From NCBI GenBank assembly GCA_902493795.1, contig CABUQZ010000005.1, positions 384-64,383 on the forward strand: a stretch of 64,000 bases of DNA, in the 5' to 3' direction. Position 1 is the first letter of the stretch; the number at the start of each line of letters is the position of its first letter. The position numbers and the translations under genes are program-made. The notes beneath the pieces are model-generated. The model was not told the DNA's origin. It made no database searches and worked only from the letters and a program-made list of their open reading frames with translations. Below, piece after piece: positions 47,190 through 57,155 of the stretch. This DNA is from an uncultured Clostridium sp. (GTDB lineage Bacteria; Bacillota_I; Bacilli_A; RF39; UBA660).

Positions 47190-47411
47190 TTAAGATAATA
47201 CTTGCAAAATTGATGAAACCATTTCCAGTTTTTTAGTTAAATCTTCTATTTTATCTCCACTTGTCAATCGATATTCCCTTTTCATATCATTAACCATATT
47301 ATTAACACTTGTAATATTTCTTGAAAGAGGTAAATACCAATTAGAATGATATTTTAAATAAGTATATAAATTATTGTTCTGTTTTATTCTAAACATTATT
47401 TCGTTAATCAT
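47190..47411 (-). CDS. YlbE-like small protein
   Basis: YLKYHSNWYLPLSRN parallels remembered B. subtilis YlbE (...QPYWYRKLSRNP...). It is adjacent to the ylbD-like gene. Confidence 0.5.
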   Translation of the reverse strand: MINEIMFRIKQNNNLYTYLKYHSNWYLPLSRNITSVNNMVNDMKREYRLTSGDKIEDLTKKLEMVSSILQVLS

Positions 47412-47733
47412 CTAAGTTCTCAAATTTACTATTTGGTACATACTGATCAAATGATTCATTAGGACTATTTTTAGTTAACCCTTGAATAATATCAATTGCT
47501 TTTGAAAGCCCATCAACTGTACTTTTAACACTTTCTAGGTTAATCTTTTTAACCATTTTTATTAATTCTTCAATACTATCATTTTTACTCGTAACATACT
47601 TATCCCAAATATCAGGATCTTCTCCATAAAGAGCATAAACTTCATACAAACTTTGCCATGATACATTATTATCTTTAACATAAGTAATCAATTTAGGATT
47701 AGCTTTAACAAATTTTTTAAAATCTTCTTTCAC
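47404..47733 (-). CDS. YlbD-like protein
   Basis: FKKFVKANPKLITYVKDNNVSWQSLYEVYALYGEDPDIWDKY parallels the remembered YlbD N-terminus. Confidence 0.5.
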   Translation of the reverse strand: MKEDFKKFVKANPKLITYVKDNNVSWQSLYEVYALYGEDPDIWDKYVTSKNDSIEELIKMVKKINLESVKSTVDGLSKAIDIIQGLTKNSPNESFDQYVPNSKFENLDD

Positions 47734-47795
47734 AAAAAAATCACCCTAATTAATAATATGCATTAGAGTGATTATTGTTTTATATTTTTAATTTT

Positions 47796-48302
47796 TTATA
47801 TTTTTAATTTTTTATTTTTTTGTTCATCATTAATCTTCGCATAACTTTGACAAAGATCAATGATAGATATGAAGCTATCTCTTTGTTCTGATCCTTCTTT
47901 ACCTAGTAATAAAAGTTCATCTAAGGCATCACTCAAAGTTGATGGAGTATCTACATCCTTTATATGACTTCTAACATCCCAAACTTCTTCATCTTTATCA
48001 TAAATTGCAGATATAAGTAATTTTCTATTACCTCTACCAACTTTTCCGTAGAATTTAATAGATAATTGATCAACATCCACAAATATTTCTTCAAATGGAT
48101 CATAAAGTCCGTTTTTACGCTTTATATCGACAATTTGAAAAACTTTACCATTCTCTTTATGTGGAACTAATATCACAACATCATCATCAAATAAAAACGC
48201 ATTATCATACATTGAAGTATAAAATGGATTTGAAAAGCTAAAATATTCATTAGCAGAAAATAAATCTTGAAATATCTCATCTTCAGAAAAATTCTCGTTC
48301 AT
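47796..48302 (-). CDS. Hypothetical cytoplasmic protein (168 aa)
   Basis: A clean ORF between the ylbD-like gene and parC. No recognised motif. Confidence 0.6.
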   Translation of the reverse strand: MNENFSEDEIFQDLFSANEYFSFSNPFYTSMYDNAFLFDDDVVILVPHKENGKVFQIVDIKRKNGLYDPFEEIFVDVDQLSIKFYGKVGRGNRKLLISAIYDKDEEVWDVRSHIKDVDTPSTLSDALDELLLLGKEGSEQRDSFISIIDLCQSYAKINDEQKNKKLKI

Positions 48303-48367
48303 AATATCACCCCTTTTAGAACATTTGCTATTTTACCAAATAATTATAAAATGTCAAGAAAAAAAGA

Positions 48368-51022
48368 CTAATCTGAATTTAGAAAGTCTTCTATAGTTAA
48401 TAACCTATCATCAATTTCTTTTAAAGAAACCTTTTCTTTAGCCTTTTTTTCTTCTTTAGTCTTAGTTTCAACTTTAACTTCAGGAACATCAACAATTTTT
48501 TCAATAATTATTCTTGACTCATCGTCTTTTTCTTCAAATAATGTAGGTTCTTCAAAATTTCCTAAAGGAGTATTTTCACCATTTGAATTTTGATTATCAT
48601 TTGTTTGTTCAAAATCTTTTTTTGTAACCATTTCAGTTACCACAAAAGCATCTGTAAGCTTTTCCTTAGTAATTGTTGATCCAGTAGAATATCTATCTAC
48701 AATAGGAAGTTCAGATAATTTAACATAATTAATTGAACTTGCCTTAAGTCCAAGCATATGCTTAGTAGGAACAATAAATACCTTTAATACTTTATAAGGA
48801 TTTGTTTTAACTTCCCTTAAAAGCATTAATCCTCGTTTAGCACGACTTAATTTATCAAACTCTGATATTTTAACTCTTTTAGCAGTACCCTTTTCTGTAA
48901 CAATAGAAACATATTCACAAGTTTCTAAATCAAAATTAGATATTGATACTACTTTATCACCTTTTAGATTAATTGATTTAACTCCTGATGTTTTAAGACC
49001 AACAACTGGAATTTCTTCTTCACCAAACCACAAACCATAAGCATTTGTTGTAGCTACAAATATTTCTTTCTTAGTAAGCTTAAATACTGAAACAACTTTA
49101 TCTTTATCTTTTAATTTCATACAGCAAATTGGTTTTGTATATCTTTGGGTATTAAAATCAGATAACTTTGTTTTCTTTATCATTCCATCTTGTGTAGCAA
49201 TAACTATATTTGATGAATCAAATTCTTTTACTGGTATTATTGCAACAACTTGTTCATCTTGTTCAAGTTTAACAATGTTACTAACATGTTTTCCTAAATC
49301 TTTCCAAGCAAGTGTTGGAATTTCATAAACTGGAATATAAAGATAATTTCCTAAATTTGTAAATACAAGAACAGTATCTAAAGTATTAAGTTCAAACATT
49401 CCAATTAAGAAGTCTCCTTCTTTTAATTGTTGTGTTTCACCATTTGATGATTGATAACTTCTTAGTGATGATCTTTTAATATAACCATCATTAGTAAGAG
49501 TTACAACAACATCTTCTTTTGCAATCATTTCTTTAGAATCAATCTTAATATCTGTTATTTCATCTTTAATTTCAGTTTTACGAGGTTCAGCGAATTCCTT
49601 TTTAACAGCACGTAACTCTTCTTTCATAACTTTCTTAAGTTCATTTTCATCTTCTAATATCTTATTATATTCAAGTACTAACTTTTTCAAGTTTTCCATC
49701 TCTTCTTCAAGTAAGACTACATCAGTGTTAGACAATCTATAAAGTTGTAAAGTAATAATTGCTTCTGCTTGTTCAGGTGAGAAAGCAAATTTAAGGACTA
49801 AATTATCTTTAGAATCTTGTTTATTTTTACTAGCTCTAATTGTAGCGATAACTTCATCAAGTATTGATAGACATCTAATTAACCCTTCTACTATATGAAG
49901 TCTTGCCTTAGCATGATCTAAATCAAACTTAGTACGTCTTAAAACGACTTCTTTTTGATGGGCAATATAAGCATCAAGCATTTCGCGAAGTCCTAGTAAT
50001 TTAGGAGCACGATTTACAATTGCAATCATATTGAAGTTATAAGATATTTGCATTTCTGTGTTTTTAAGTAAATAATTTAAAATAACTTCTCTATTACAAT
50101 CTTTCTTTAAATCAATTGCAACTCTTAGCCCTTCACGGTCAGATTCATCTCTTACTTCGATTATTCCATCAATTTTCTTATCTATTCTAATTTCATCTAT
50201 TTTTTTAACTAATAAAGCTTTATTAACTTCATAAGGGATCTCATCAATTATTAAAGAAACTTTATTTTTTTCTTCTTCAAATCTAGTTTTACACTTGATA
50301 TATATTCTTCCTTTTCCAGTTTCATAAGCTTTTCTTATTCCGTCCCCTGCTTCTACAATACCTCCAGTAGGAAAGTCAGGCCCTTTAACAATTTCAAGAA
50401 GTGATTCAAGCTGACAATTAGGAGAATCTATTCTTTTTATTGTTGCATCAATTACTTCACCTAAATTATGAGGTGGAATATTTGTAGCAAATCCTGCTGA
50501 AATACCATTAGATCCATTAACAAGTAAGTTAGGGTACCTTGCAGGAAGAACAGTAGGTTCCATAACTGTATCATCAAAGTTAGGAGCAAAAATAACTGTA
50601 TCTTTATCAAGATCTCTAACTAACTCATTACTGATTTTCGAAAGACGAGCTTCAGTATAACGGTAAGCAGCTGGAGAATCCCCATCAATTGACCCATTAT
50701 TACCATGCATATCGATATAAGGTTTTCTAAGTTTCCAATCTTGACTCATTCTTACCATCGCTTCATAAATAGAAGTATCTCCATGAGGATGGTAATTACC
50801 TATAACATCTCCAACTGTCTTAGCACTTTTTCTATAAGGCTTATCGTAAGTATTATGCTCTTTAAACATTGAGTATATAATTCTTCTTTGAACTGGTTTC
50901 AATCCATCACGAACATCCGGAATAGCACGGTCTTGAATAATATATTTAGAATAACTACCAAACCTTTGTCCCATTATTTCTTCCAAAGAATATTCATATA
51001 TTGACTCCAAAGCCTCTTTCAT
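48368..51022 (-). CDS. parC: DNA topoisomerase IV subunit A with a long charged C-terminal tail
   Basis: RDGLKPVQRRIIYSM has Q, not the H of GyrA. The active-site segment is AAYRYTEARL. I could find no GyrA box (QRRGGKG). It is paired with parE. Confidence 0.85.
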   Translation of the reverse strand: MKEALESIYEYSLEEIMGQRFGSYSKYIIQDRAIPDVRDGLKPVQRRIIYSMFKEHNTYDKPYRKSAKTVGDVIGNYHPHGDTSIYEAMVRMSQDWKLRKPYIDMHGNNGSIDGDSPAAYRYTEARLSKISNELVRDLDKDTVIFAPNFDDTVMEPTVLPARYPNLLVNGSNGISAGFATNIPPHNLGEVIDATIKRIDSPNCQLESLLEIVKGPDFPTGGIVEAGDGIRKAYETGKGRIYIKCKTRFEEEKNKVSLIIDEIPYEVNKALLVKKIDEIRIDKKIDGIIEVRDESDREGLRVAIDLKKDCNREVILNYLLKNTEMQISYNFNMIAIVNRAPKLLGLREMLDAYIAHQKEVVLRRTKFDLDHAKARLHIVEGLIRCLSILDEVIATIRASKNKQDSKDNLVLKFAFSPEQAEAIITLQLYRLSNTDVVLLEEEMENLKKLVLEYNKILEDENELKKVMKEELRAVKKEFAEPRKTEIKDEITDIKIDSKEMIAKEDVVVTLTNDGYIKRSSLRSYQSSNGETQQLKEGDFLIGMFELNTLDTVLVFTNLGNYLYIPVYEIPTLAWKDLGKHVSNIVKLEQDEQVVAIIPVKEFDSSNIVIATQDGMIKKTKLSDFNTQRYTKPICCMKLKDKDKVVSVFKLTKKEIFVATTNAYGLWFGEEEIPVVGLKTSGVKSINLKGDKVVSISNFDLETCEYVSIVTEKGTAKRVKISEFDKLSRAKRGLMLLREVKTNPYKVLKVFIVPTKHMLGLKASSINYVKLSELPIVDRYSTGSTITKEKLTDAFVVTEMVTKKDFEQTNDNQNSNGENTPLGNFEEPTLFEEKDDESRIIIEKIVDVPEVKVETKTKEEKKAKEKVSLKEIDDRLLTIEDFLNSD

Positions 51023-51030
51023 TTTATCAC

Positions 51031-51429
51031 CTACTTTTTATTAATATTAGTTAATAAATAATCATATGTATTTATATATGTTTTATCGATATTATCTTCA
51101 CTTTTACTTATTACAATATCGATAACTTTTTTAGTATATTTTATATTTAAATCTTTTTTATATGTTTTATCATCTTTATCATCTTTTGGATAAAATAAAC
51201 TATAACGCTCAAATGACTTAGTTAAATCGTTTGGTTTTATCTTTTTCATTATTTTTCCATATATGAAACTAGATTTTTCATCATCTTTAGAAAAGAAAAT
51301 GCTTTCTAAATCTCTTATATTTGTTCTTTCTTCTTCTAAAAGATAATATAGGGCCATCCCATATTCAGTAAACTCAGATAATCTAGTTTCAAGTTTTTTG
51401 CTAGTTTTCTTATCAGTTAATAATGCCAT
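51031..51429 (-). CDS. Hypothetical protein (132 aa) encoded between parE and parC
   Basis: It starts 22 nt after the parE stop and ends 8 nt before the parC start. It is Lys/Asp/Tyr-rich, with no TM helix and no recognised motif. Confidence 0.6.
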   Translation of the reverse strand: MALLTDKKTSKKLETRLSEFTEYGMALYYLLEEERTNIRDLESIFFSKDDEKSSFIYGKIMKKIKPNDLTKSFERYSLFYPKDDKDDKTYKKDLNIKYTKKVIDIVISKSEDNIDKTYINTYDYLLTNINKK

Positions 51430-51451
51430 ACTACCACTACTCTTCTTTCTA

Positions 51452-53350
51452 TCAGTTTATTTTATAATCATCTTCAAGTGAAAAAACAACGTTTTCTTCT
51501 ATCCAAGCTTTTCTAGGCTCGACATTATCACCCATAAGAACACTTACACGTTTTTCAGCAAGTAAAGCATCATCAATCTTTACTCTTATTAGTTTTCTAG
51601 TTAAAGGATTCATTGTTGTATCAGCAAGCTGATCAGCGTTCATTTCACCTAATCCTTTATATCTTTGTATTTCACACTTTTTACCCTTTGACTTTTCCTG
51701 CATTTCTTCAATTGTATAAGCATAATCTATATTCTTACCACACTGTATTTTAAAAAGTGGAGGAAGTGCAATATAAAGTTTACCTGCTTCAATTAAAGGT
51801 CTCATATAACGATAGAAAAAAGTCATAAGAAGACACTGAATATGACCTCCGTCTTCATCAGCATCGCTCATTATAATTACTTTATCATATTCACAATCAT
51901 CTATTTCAAAGTTAGGTCCATACCCAGCTCCAATAGTATAAATCATGGTATTAATTTCTTCATTTTTAAATATATCATCTAAACTAGCTTTTTCAGTATT
52001 AATTACTTTTCCACGTAAAGGAAGTATTGCTTGAAACTTTCTATCTCTTCCTTGTTTTGCAGAACCACCAGCTGAATCACCCTCTACTAAGAATAATTCG
52101 TTTTTATTTTTGTTTTTTGATTGAGCAGGAGAAAGCTTTCCAGATAAAGCTCTTTCTTTTTTGTTATTTGCTTTTCCTTTTCTTGCTTCTTCTCTTGCTT
52201 TTCTTGCAGCTTCTCTTGCTACTTTACTTTTTAATGATTTATCTAAAATATCAGTAGCAACTTTTTTATTTTCTTCAAGAAAATACTGAAGCTTTTCACT
52301 AACTATTACTTCAACTACATTTCTAGCAGCAGGTGTTCCTAGTTTACCTTTTGTCTGTCCTTCAAATTGCAATAAGTTTTCAGGAATTCTAAGACTTATA
52401 ATAGCAGTTAACCCCTCACGCACATCGCTACCTTCAAGTGAACTATCTTTTCCTTTTATATAATCATTATTTTTAGCATAATCGTTAAATACTCTTGTTA
52501 AAGCAATCTTAAATCCAACTTCATGAGATCCTCCATCTGGAGTTTTAACGTTATTAACAAAAGATATTATGTTTTCTTGATAGTCATCAGAATACTGCAT
52601 AGCAATATCAACATCGATATTATCTTTTGATCCTTCAAATGAAATAACTTTATGAAGTGGATTTTTATCTTCATTTAAATACTCGACAAACTCTCTTAAT
52701 CCATTTTCATAATGAAATTTATTTACTCTTCCACTTTCTTCATCTTTTACTTCTATTGTTAAAGCTTTAAGTAAGAAAGCAGATTCTTGCATTCTTTCAG
52801 AAATAGTTGAAAAAGAAAAATTAGTTACAGGAAATATTTCTGGATCAGGTTTAAATCTTACTGTTGTACCTGTTTTATTTGTAGTTCCAATTACTTTTAG
52901 AGGAACCTCTACTTTACCACCATCTACAAACTTAATATAATGTTCTTTCTTATCACGTCTAATAGTAACTTCCATCCATGATGACAAAGCGTTAACAACA
53001 CTTGCACCAACACCATGAAGACCACCAGATACTTTGTATCCACCTTCTTCAAATTTTCCACCAGCATGCAAAACAGTATAAATAACTTCAGTAGCACTTT
53101 TACCAGATTCATGAATTCCGGTAGGGACTCCTCTTCCATGATCTTCAACACTTATACTACCATCTGTATGAATAGTAATACAAATATAGTCCCCAAATCC
53201 ATTTATAGCTTCATCTATCGAATTGTCTACAATTTCCCATACTAAATGATGTAGTCCTTTTTTATCAGTAGAACCAATATACATTCCAGGTCTTTTTCTA
53301 ACTGCTTCTAATCCTTCTAATATCTTAATAGACTTCTCATCATATGCCAT
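51452..53350 (-). CDS. parE: DNA topoisomerase IV subunit B
   Basis: LEGLEAVRKRPGMYIGST, LHHLVWEIVDNSIDEA, GGLHGVGASVVNALS, Toprim motif LVEGDSAGGSAKQGRDR, and IMSDADEDGGHI. Confidence 0.85.
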   Translation of the reverse strand: MAYDEKSIKILEGLEAVRKRPGMYIGSTDKKGLHHLVWEIVDNSIDEAINGFGDYICITIHTDGSISVEDHGRGVPTGIHESGKSATEVIYTVLHAGGKFEEGGYKVSGGLHGVGASVVNALSSWMEVTIRRDKKEHYIKFVDGGKVEVPLKVIGTTNKTGTTVRFKPDPEIFPVTNFSFSTISERMQESAFLLKALTIEVKDEESGRVNKFHYENGLREFVEYLNEDKNPLHKVISFEGSKDNIDVDIAMQYSDDYQENIISFVNNVKTPDGGSHEVGFKIALTRVFNDYAKNNDYIKGKDSSLEGSDVREGLTAIISLRIPENLLQFEGQTKGKLGTPAARNVVEVIVSEKLQYFLEENKKVATDILDKSLKSKVAREAARKAREEARKGKANNKKERALSGKLSPAQSKNKNKNELFLVEGDSAGGSAKQGRDRKFQAILPLRGKVINTEKASLDDIFKNEEINTMIYTIGAGYGPNFEIDDCEYDKVIIMSDADEDGGHIQCLLMTFFYRYMRPLIEAGKLYIALPPLFKIQCGKNIDYAYTIEEMQEKSKGKKCEIQRYKGLGEMNADQLADTTMNPLTRKLIRVKIDDALLAEKRVSVLMGDNVEPRKAWIEENVVFSLEDDYKIN

Positions 53351-53516
53351 ATTATCAACTCCAATATAATTATAACTAATTTAAAAAAATAATAAAATGA
53401 GCTTTACAAAAATTAACTCAAAAAACCGATAAAAAAACAAGCTATTACTAACTTATCCCTATACATAAAATATAACACACTTTAAAAAGTAAAAGCAAGT
53501 TAAAAAGCAAAAGAAA

Positions 53517-54143
53517 TCATTTACCAAGTAATTTTCTAAGTTGAAGTTTATAAGATTCATCGCGTTTCTGATAACCTTTATAATTTAAATATAATGCTCT
53601 CATTTCTTTATAATCTAAAAAAGATTCAATAAGCATTTCTGTTTTTAAAGCTTCTCTATTACTTGCTAAAGCTCCAATAAGCTTTTTACTATAATCACTA
53701 AGTCTTTTGTCATTAGATTTACTACATTCAACAGAAAGAGCAAATCCACTACCTATCTTCTTTATTTCAGAAATCATCTCATCAAATATACTAAAAACAA
53801 TAGGTAAAGAAAAATCAACTTTATCTTCAGTAATTTTAGATAAAGCATTTAATTTATAATCATTCCATATAACATTATAAAATTTATAATTATCCTTTTT
53901 GTCATATCTATACATTATTTTATAGCTATATGAATTATTATTTTCTTCTAAAGGATTAAGATAAAGTTCAAAATCTCTTTCATCATCAAATAAAGTAGTC
54001 ATTGCATCAATAGTAGAAAAATTAGAACTTTTTACTTTTGACTCAGTAAACTTCATCGAAGAAAAATCAAAGTGTTCTAGTTTTCCACCTAACTCATTTT
54101 CTCTTACCAAATAACAAGTCTCTGTACTTTTTTTCTTTTTCAT
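53517..54143 (-). CDS. Hypothetical protein (208 aa), paralogue of the upstream ORF
   Basis: Its start overlaps the upstream stop (ATGA). It aligns with the 254-aa ORF in several blocks, e.g. FDEMISEIKKIGSGFA vs FDEVYQEIIKKDSEFA and DYKEMRALYLNY vs KYREFRSIYMNY. Confidence 0.65.
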   Translation of the reverse strand: MKKKKSTETCYLVRENELGGKLEHFDFSSMKFTESKVKSSNFSTIDAMTTLFDDERDFELYLNPLEENNNSYSYKIMYRYDKKDNYKFYNVIWNDYKLNALSKITEDKVDFSLPIVFSIFDEMISEIKKIGSGFALSVECSKSNDKRLSDYSKKLIGALASNREALKTEMLIESFLDYKEMRALYLNYKGYQKRDESYKLQLRKLLGK

Positions 54144-54904
54144 TCTAAATTACCACTTTCAAACATTGACATTTGATGAGGATTAACAATAACTTTTCTT
54201 TTAGGTTTTTCTTCATTAACACTAACTTGTTCCATTTGAGGTTTAAACATTTTACAATAATTCATATATATAGATCTAAACTCCCTATATTTTGATATTG
54301 AGTTTTTTAAATCTTTATAAAAACCTACTTTATCTGACGAATAAATCTCATAAACTGAGTTATACGAAGTAATAGAACCAACAGGAAAACCTAATTCTCG
54401 TTTGGCTCTAATTGCATTTTCATGAGCTCTTAAACTAACAATAATATTAATTGATTTTTGAGAAATATTTATTTTATTCTTTTTGCTCTTAATTAACATT
54501 GCTGCAAACTCTGAATCTTTTTTTATTATCTCTTGATACACCTCATCAAAAGCTTTTAAGTTCTCTTTATCTACAAAATTAATCTTTTTTCCATTATAAG
54601 TAATTGCAATATGTGCCCAAACAGGATTATTAAATATTGGTGCAATCTTCTTTTCTCCATTAAACTGATAAGAAATGTACATTAATGCTATAGGATCTGT
54701 TATCCCATAAGTACTAGCAAGTTCTTCTCTACTAGAAAAATTAGATGTCAAAAAATCAAGCGCAGGAAGCGTTGATTTTGAAGGTGTATCATTAATATCA
54801 AGTTTTACAAACCTATTTTTTTGTTTATCATAACAATATCTTTCATTTTTATCTGTAACAGCAATTAAACTGTAACGAGGTGCTCCATCAAAATTTTCTA
54901 CCAT
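54140..54904 (-). CDS. Hypothetical protein (254 aa) with a C-terminal QMSMF tail, paralogue of the downstream ORF
   Basis: It starts 29 nt downstream of the priA stop. No recognised domain. The C-terminus is ...VIVNPHQMSMFESGNLE. Confidence 0.65.
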   Translation of the reverse strand: MVENFDGAPRYSLIAVTDKNERYCYDKQKNRFVKLDINDTPSKSTLPALDFLTSNFSSREELASTYGITDPIALMYISYQFNGEKKIAPIFNNPVWAHIAITYNGKKINFVDKENLKAFDEVYQEIIKKDSEFAAMLIKSKKNKINISQKSINIIVSLRAHENAIRAKRELGFPVGSITSYNSVYEIYSSDKVGFYKDLKNSISKYREFRSIYMNYCKMFKPQMEQVSVNEEKPKRKVIVNPHQMSMFESGNLE

Positions 54905-54933
54905 AAATATACCTCACAATGTTTGTTATTGTA

Positions 54934-57090
54934 TCATGAGATAGGATTAAAATCAATGTCAATACTAATATTAGAATTACTTTTGTAATACTCTAACAAT
55001 CTAGTTAAAAAAGGATATAAGTTGTCTTCTTTTTTATATTTAAGTGTGATACCAAACCTATAAGTATTATTAACTTTAAATGTACTTCCAATAGAAGGTC
55101 CAAGAACTATTGTATTTTTCAAGTTGTCTTTTAGTTTATATGCAATAACATTGCTTTCTTTTTTTACTAAATCATAATTTTTACTTATAACTTTAATTGA
55201 CACTAAAAAGTAATATGGAGGATATCCTAATGTTCTTCTAATATTCATTTCCTCTTTAAAAAACATTTCATAGTTTTGTGTCTTAGCAAGTTTTATAGCA
55301 TAATGATCTTTATTAAATGTTTGAATTATTACCATACCTTCTTTTTCACTTCTACCACTTCTACCAGATACTTGAGACAAAAGTTCGAACGTGTATTCAC
55401 TACTTCTAAAACTAGGTATCATTAAAGAAGTATCAGCATTTATTACGCCAACTAAAGTAACATTAGGAAAATCAAGTCCCTTAGCAATCATTTGAGTACC
55501 TAATAAAATATCATATTCTTGATTTCTAAAAGCATTTATTATTTTTTCATGTGCTCCTTTTGTACTAGTTGTATCAAAGTCCATTCGAATAACTCTAGCA
55601 TCAAACAACTTGTTTAGTTCTTCTTCAATTTTTTCAGTACCAACGCCTAAATTTTTAACAGCTTTCTCATGACAACTAGGACACTCAATATGACGAGGTA
55701 CAGCATATCCACAATAATGACATCTTTCCATATCACTCGACTTATGATAAGTAAGAGTAACATCACAATTAGGGCATTTACTTACATAACCACAATTAGA
55801 ACATGTAACAAAAGATGCATACCCCCTTCTATTAAGTAAAAGAATAATTTGTTCTTTTTTACTAAGCTTATCATTTATTGCTTGAACTAAAGCCGAAGAA
55901 AAATAACTTCCTCTCTTTTCTTTATTCATATCGATAATATTAACAACTGGTAAAGGTTTATTATTTGCTCGCTTCTTAAGTTCAATTAAATGATATTTCT
56001 TAACAATAGCTCGAGAATAACTTTCAAGTGACGGAGTAGCACTTCCTAAAACTACTTTGGCATTATGATATCTTGCTCTTTCTAGTGAAACATCAATTGC
56101 GCTATATTTTGGATTAGACTCCTGTTTATAAGTATTAGTATGTTCTTCATCGATAATTATGATTCCTATATTTTTTAATGGTGCAAAAATAGCACTTCGT
56201 GCCCCAATAACAATCTTAACAAGACCATTAGAAATTTTCCTATATTCATCATATTTTTCTCCTTCACTAAGTCTACTATGAAGAATTGCAATATAATCTT
56301 TAAACCTTGATTTAAATCTAAAAACCATTTGTGGAGTAAGAGAAATTTCAGGAACAAGCACAATTGCACTCTTATTAAGTAAAAGCATTTTTTCGATAAG
56401 TTCAATATAAACTTCTGTCTTACCACTTCCAGTAACACCATAAAGTAAAAATGTAGAATCATCAGACTTTAATATAGTATCGACAGCCATTTGTTGTTCG
56501 CTATTAAGAGGATACTTAGGATAATTATATTCATCACTATCTTTTAAACGATAATTTTCAACTAAGATTTCTTTCAAAATGTTTTTAGAAAGAAGTGTTT
56601 TAACAGATGAAGAAGAAATTTTATTAAGCTCTTCTTTTCTATTATTACCCCTTGCTATATTATCTAAAATTAGTTTTTGACTATCATTTAATTTTACTGT
56701 TTCTAATTCTTCTTTTGTAATATTTAGTTCTAAAAGTCTAATAAAAGATTTATTAATTTTAGTCTTATTCTTTGCTTTTAAAGCTTTAGGAAGCATTGCT
56801 TGATATGCACTAATTAAAGTGCACAAAGTCTTATCTTTTATATATTTTCCAAGAGATAATAATTCATCTGTTAAAATTACTTCACTATCAACTACTTCAT
56901 CTATTTCTTTTAAATCATCTTGTAAAGAGTTATTTATTTCCATAATAAAACCTTCAAGTTTTTGTTTACCAAAAGGCACTTTTACTCTAACACCCACTTT
57001 GATATCTTTTTCTTGACTAGGTTTTACTTTATAAGTAAATAATTTATCGATATTTCTATTTGATAATTCAACTAATACATTAACAGTCAT
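54934..57090 (-). CDS. priA: Primosomal replication-restart helicase PriA
   Basis: Walker A LLYGVTGSGKTEVY, plus IIIDEEH and the Cys cluster CSNCGYVSKCPNCDVTLTYHKSSDMERCHYCGY...CPSCH. Confidence 0.95.
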   Translation of the reverse strand: MTVNVLVELSNRNIDKLFTYKVKPSQEKDIKVGVRVKVPFGKQKLEGFIMEINNSLQDDLKEIDEVVDSEVILTDELLSLGKYIKDKTLCTLISAYQAMLPKALKAKNKTKINKSFIRLLELNITKEELETVKLNDSQKLILDNIARGNNRKEELNKISSSSVKTLLSKNILKEILVENYRLKDSDEYNYPKYPLNSEQQMAVDTILKSDDSTFLLYGVTGSGKTEVYIELIEKMLLLNKSAIVLVPEISLTPQMVFRFKSRFKDYIAILHSRLSEGEKYDEYRKISNGLVKIVIGARSAIFAPLKNIGIIIIDEEHTNTYKQESNPKYSAIDVSLERARYHNAKVVLGSATPSLESYSRAIVKKYHLIELKKRANNKPLPVVNIIDMNKEKRGSYFSSALVQAINDKLSKKEQIILLLNRRGYASFVTCSNCGYVSKCPNCDVTLTYHKSSDMERCHYCGYAVPRHIECPSCHEKAVKNLGVGTEKIEEELNKLFDARVIRMDFDTTSTKGAHEKIINAFRNQEYDILLGTQMIAKGLDFPNVTLVGVINADTSLMIPSFRSSEYTFELLSQVSGRSGRSEKEGMVIIQTFNKDHYAIKLAKTQNYEMFFKEEMNIRRTLGYPPYYFLVSIKVISKNYDLVKKESNVIAYKLKDNLKNTIVLGPSIGSTFKVNNTYRFGITLKYKKEDNLYPFLTRLLEYYKSNSNISIDIDFNPIS

Positions 57091-57155
57091 ATTTTTCCCT
57101 CTATAAATATAATAACATTATTAAATGAAATTCACTAAAAAAAGTTAAGCAAAAC

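Noticed and set aside
48368-53350. An alternative call of the topoisomerase pair as gyrB/gyrA.
   Set aside because: Subunit A has PVQRR rather than PVHRR, and I could not find a GyrA box in its C-terminal domain. The order is B then A, with no dnaA, dnaN or recF nearby. This favours parE/parC, but a phylogenetic check would be decisive.
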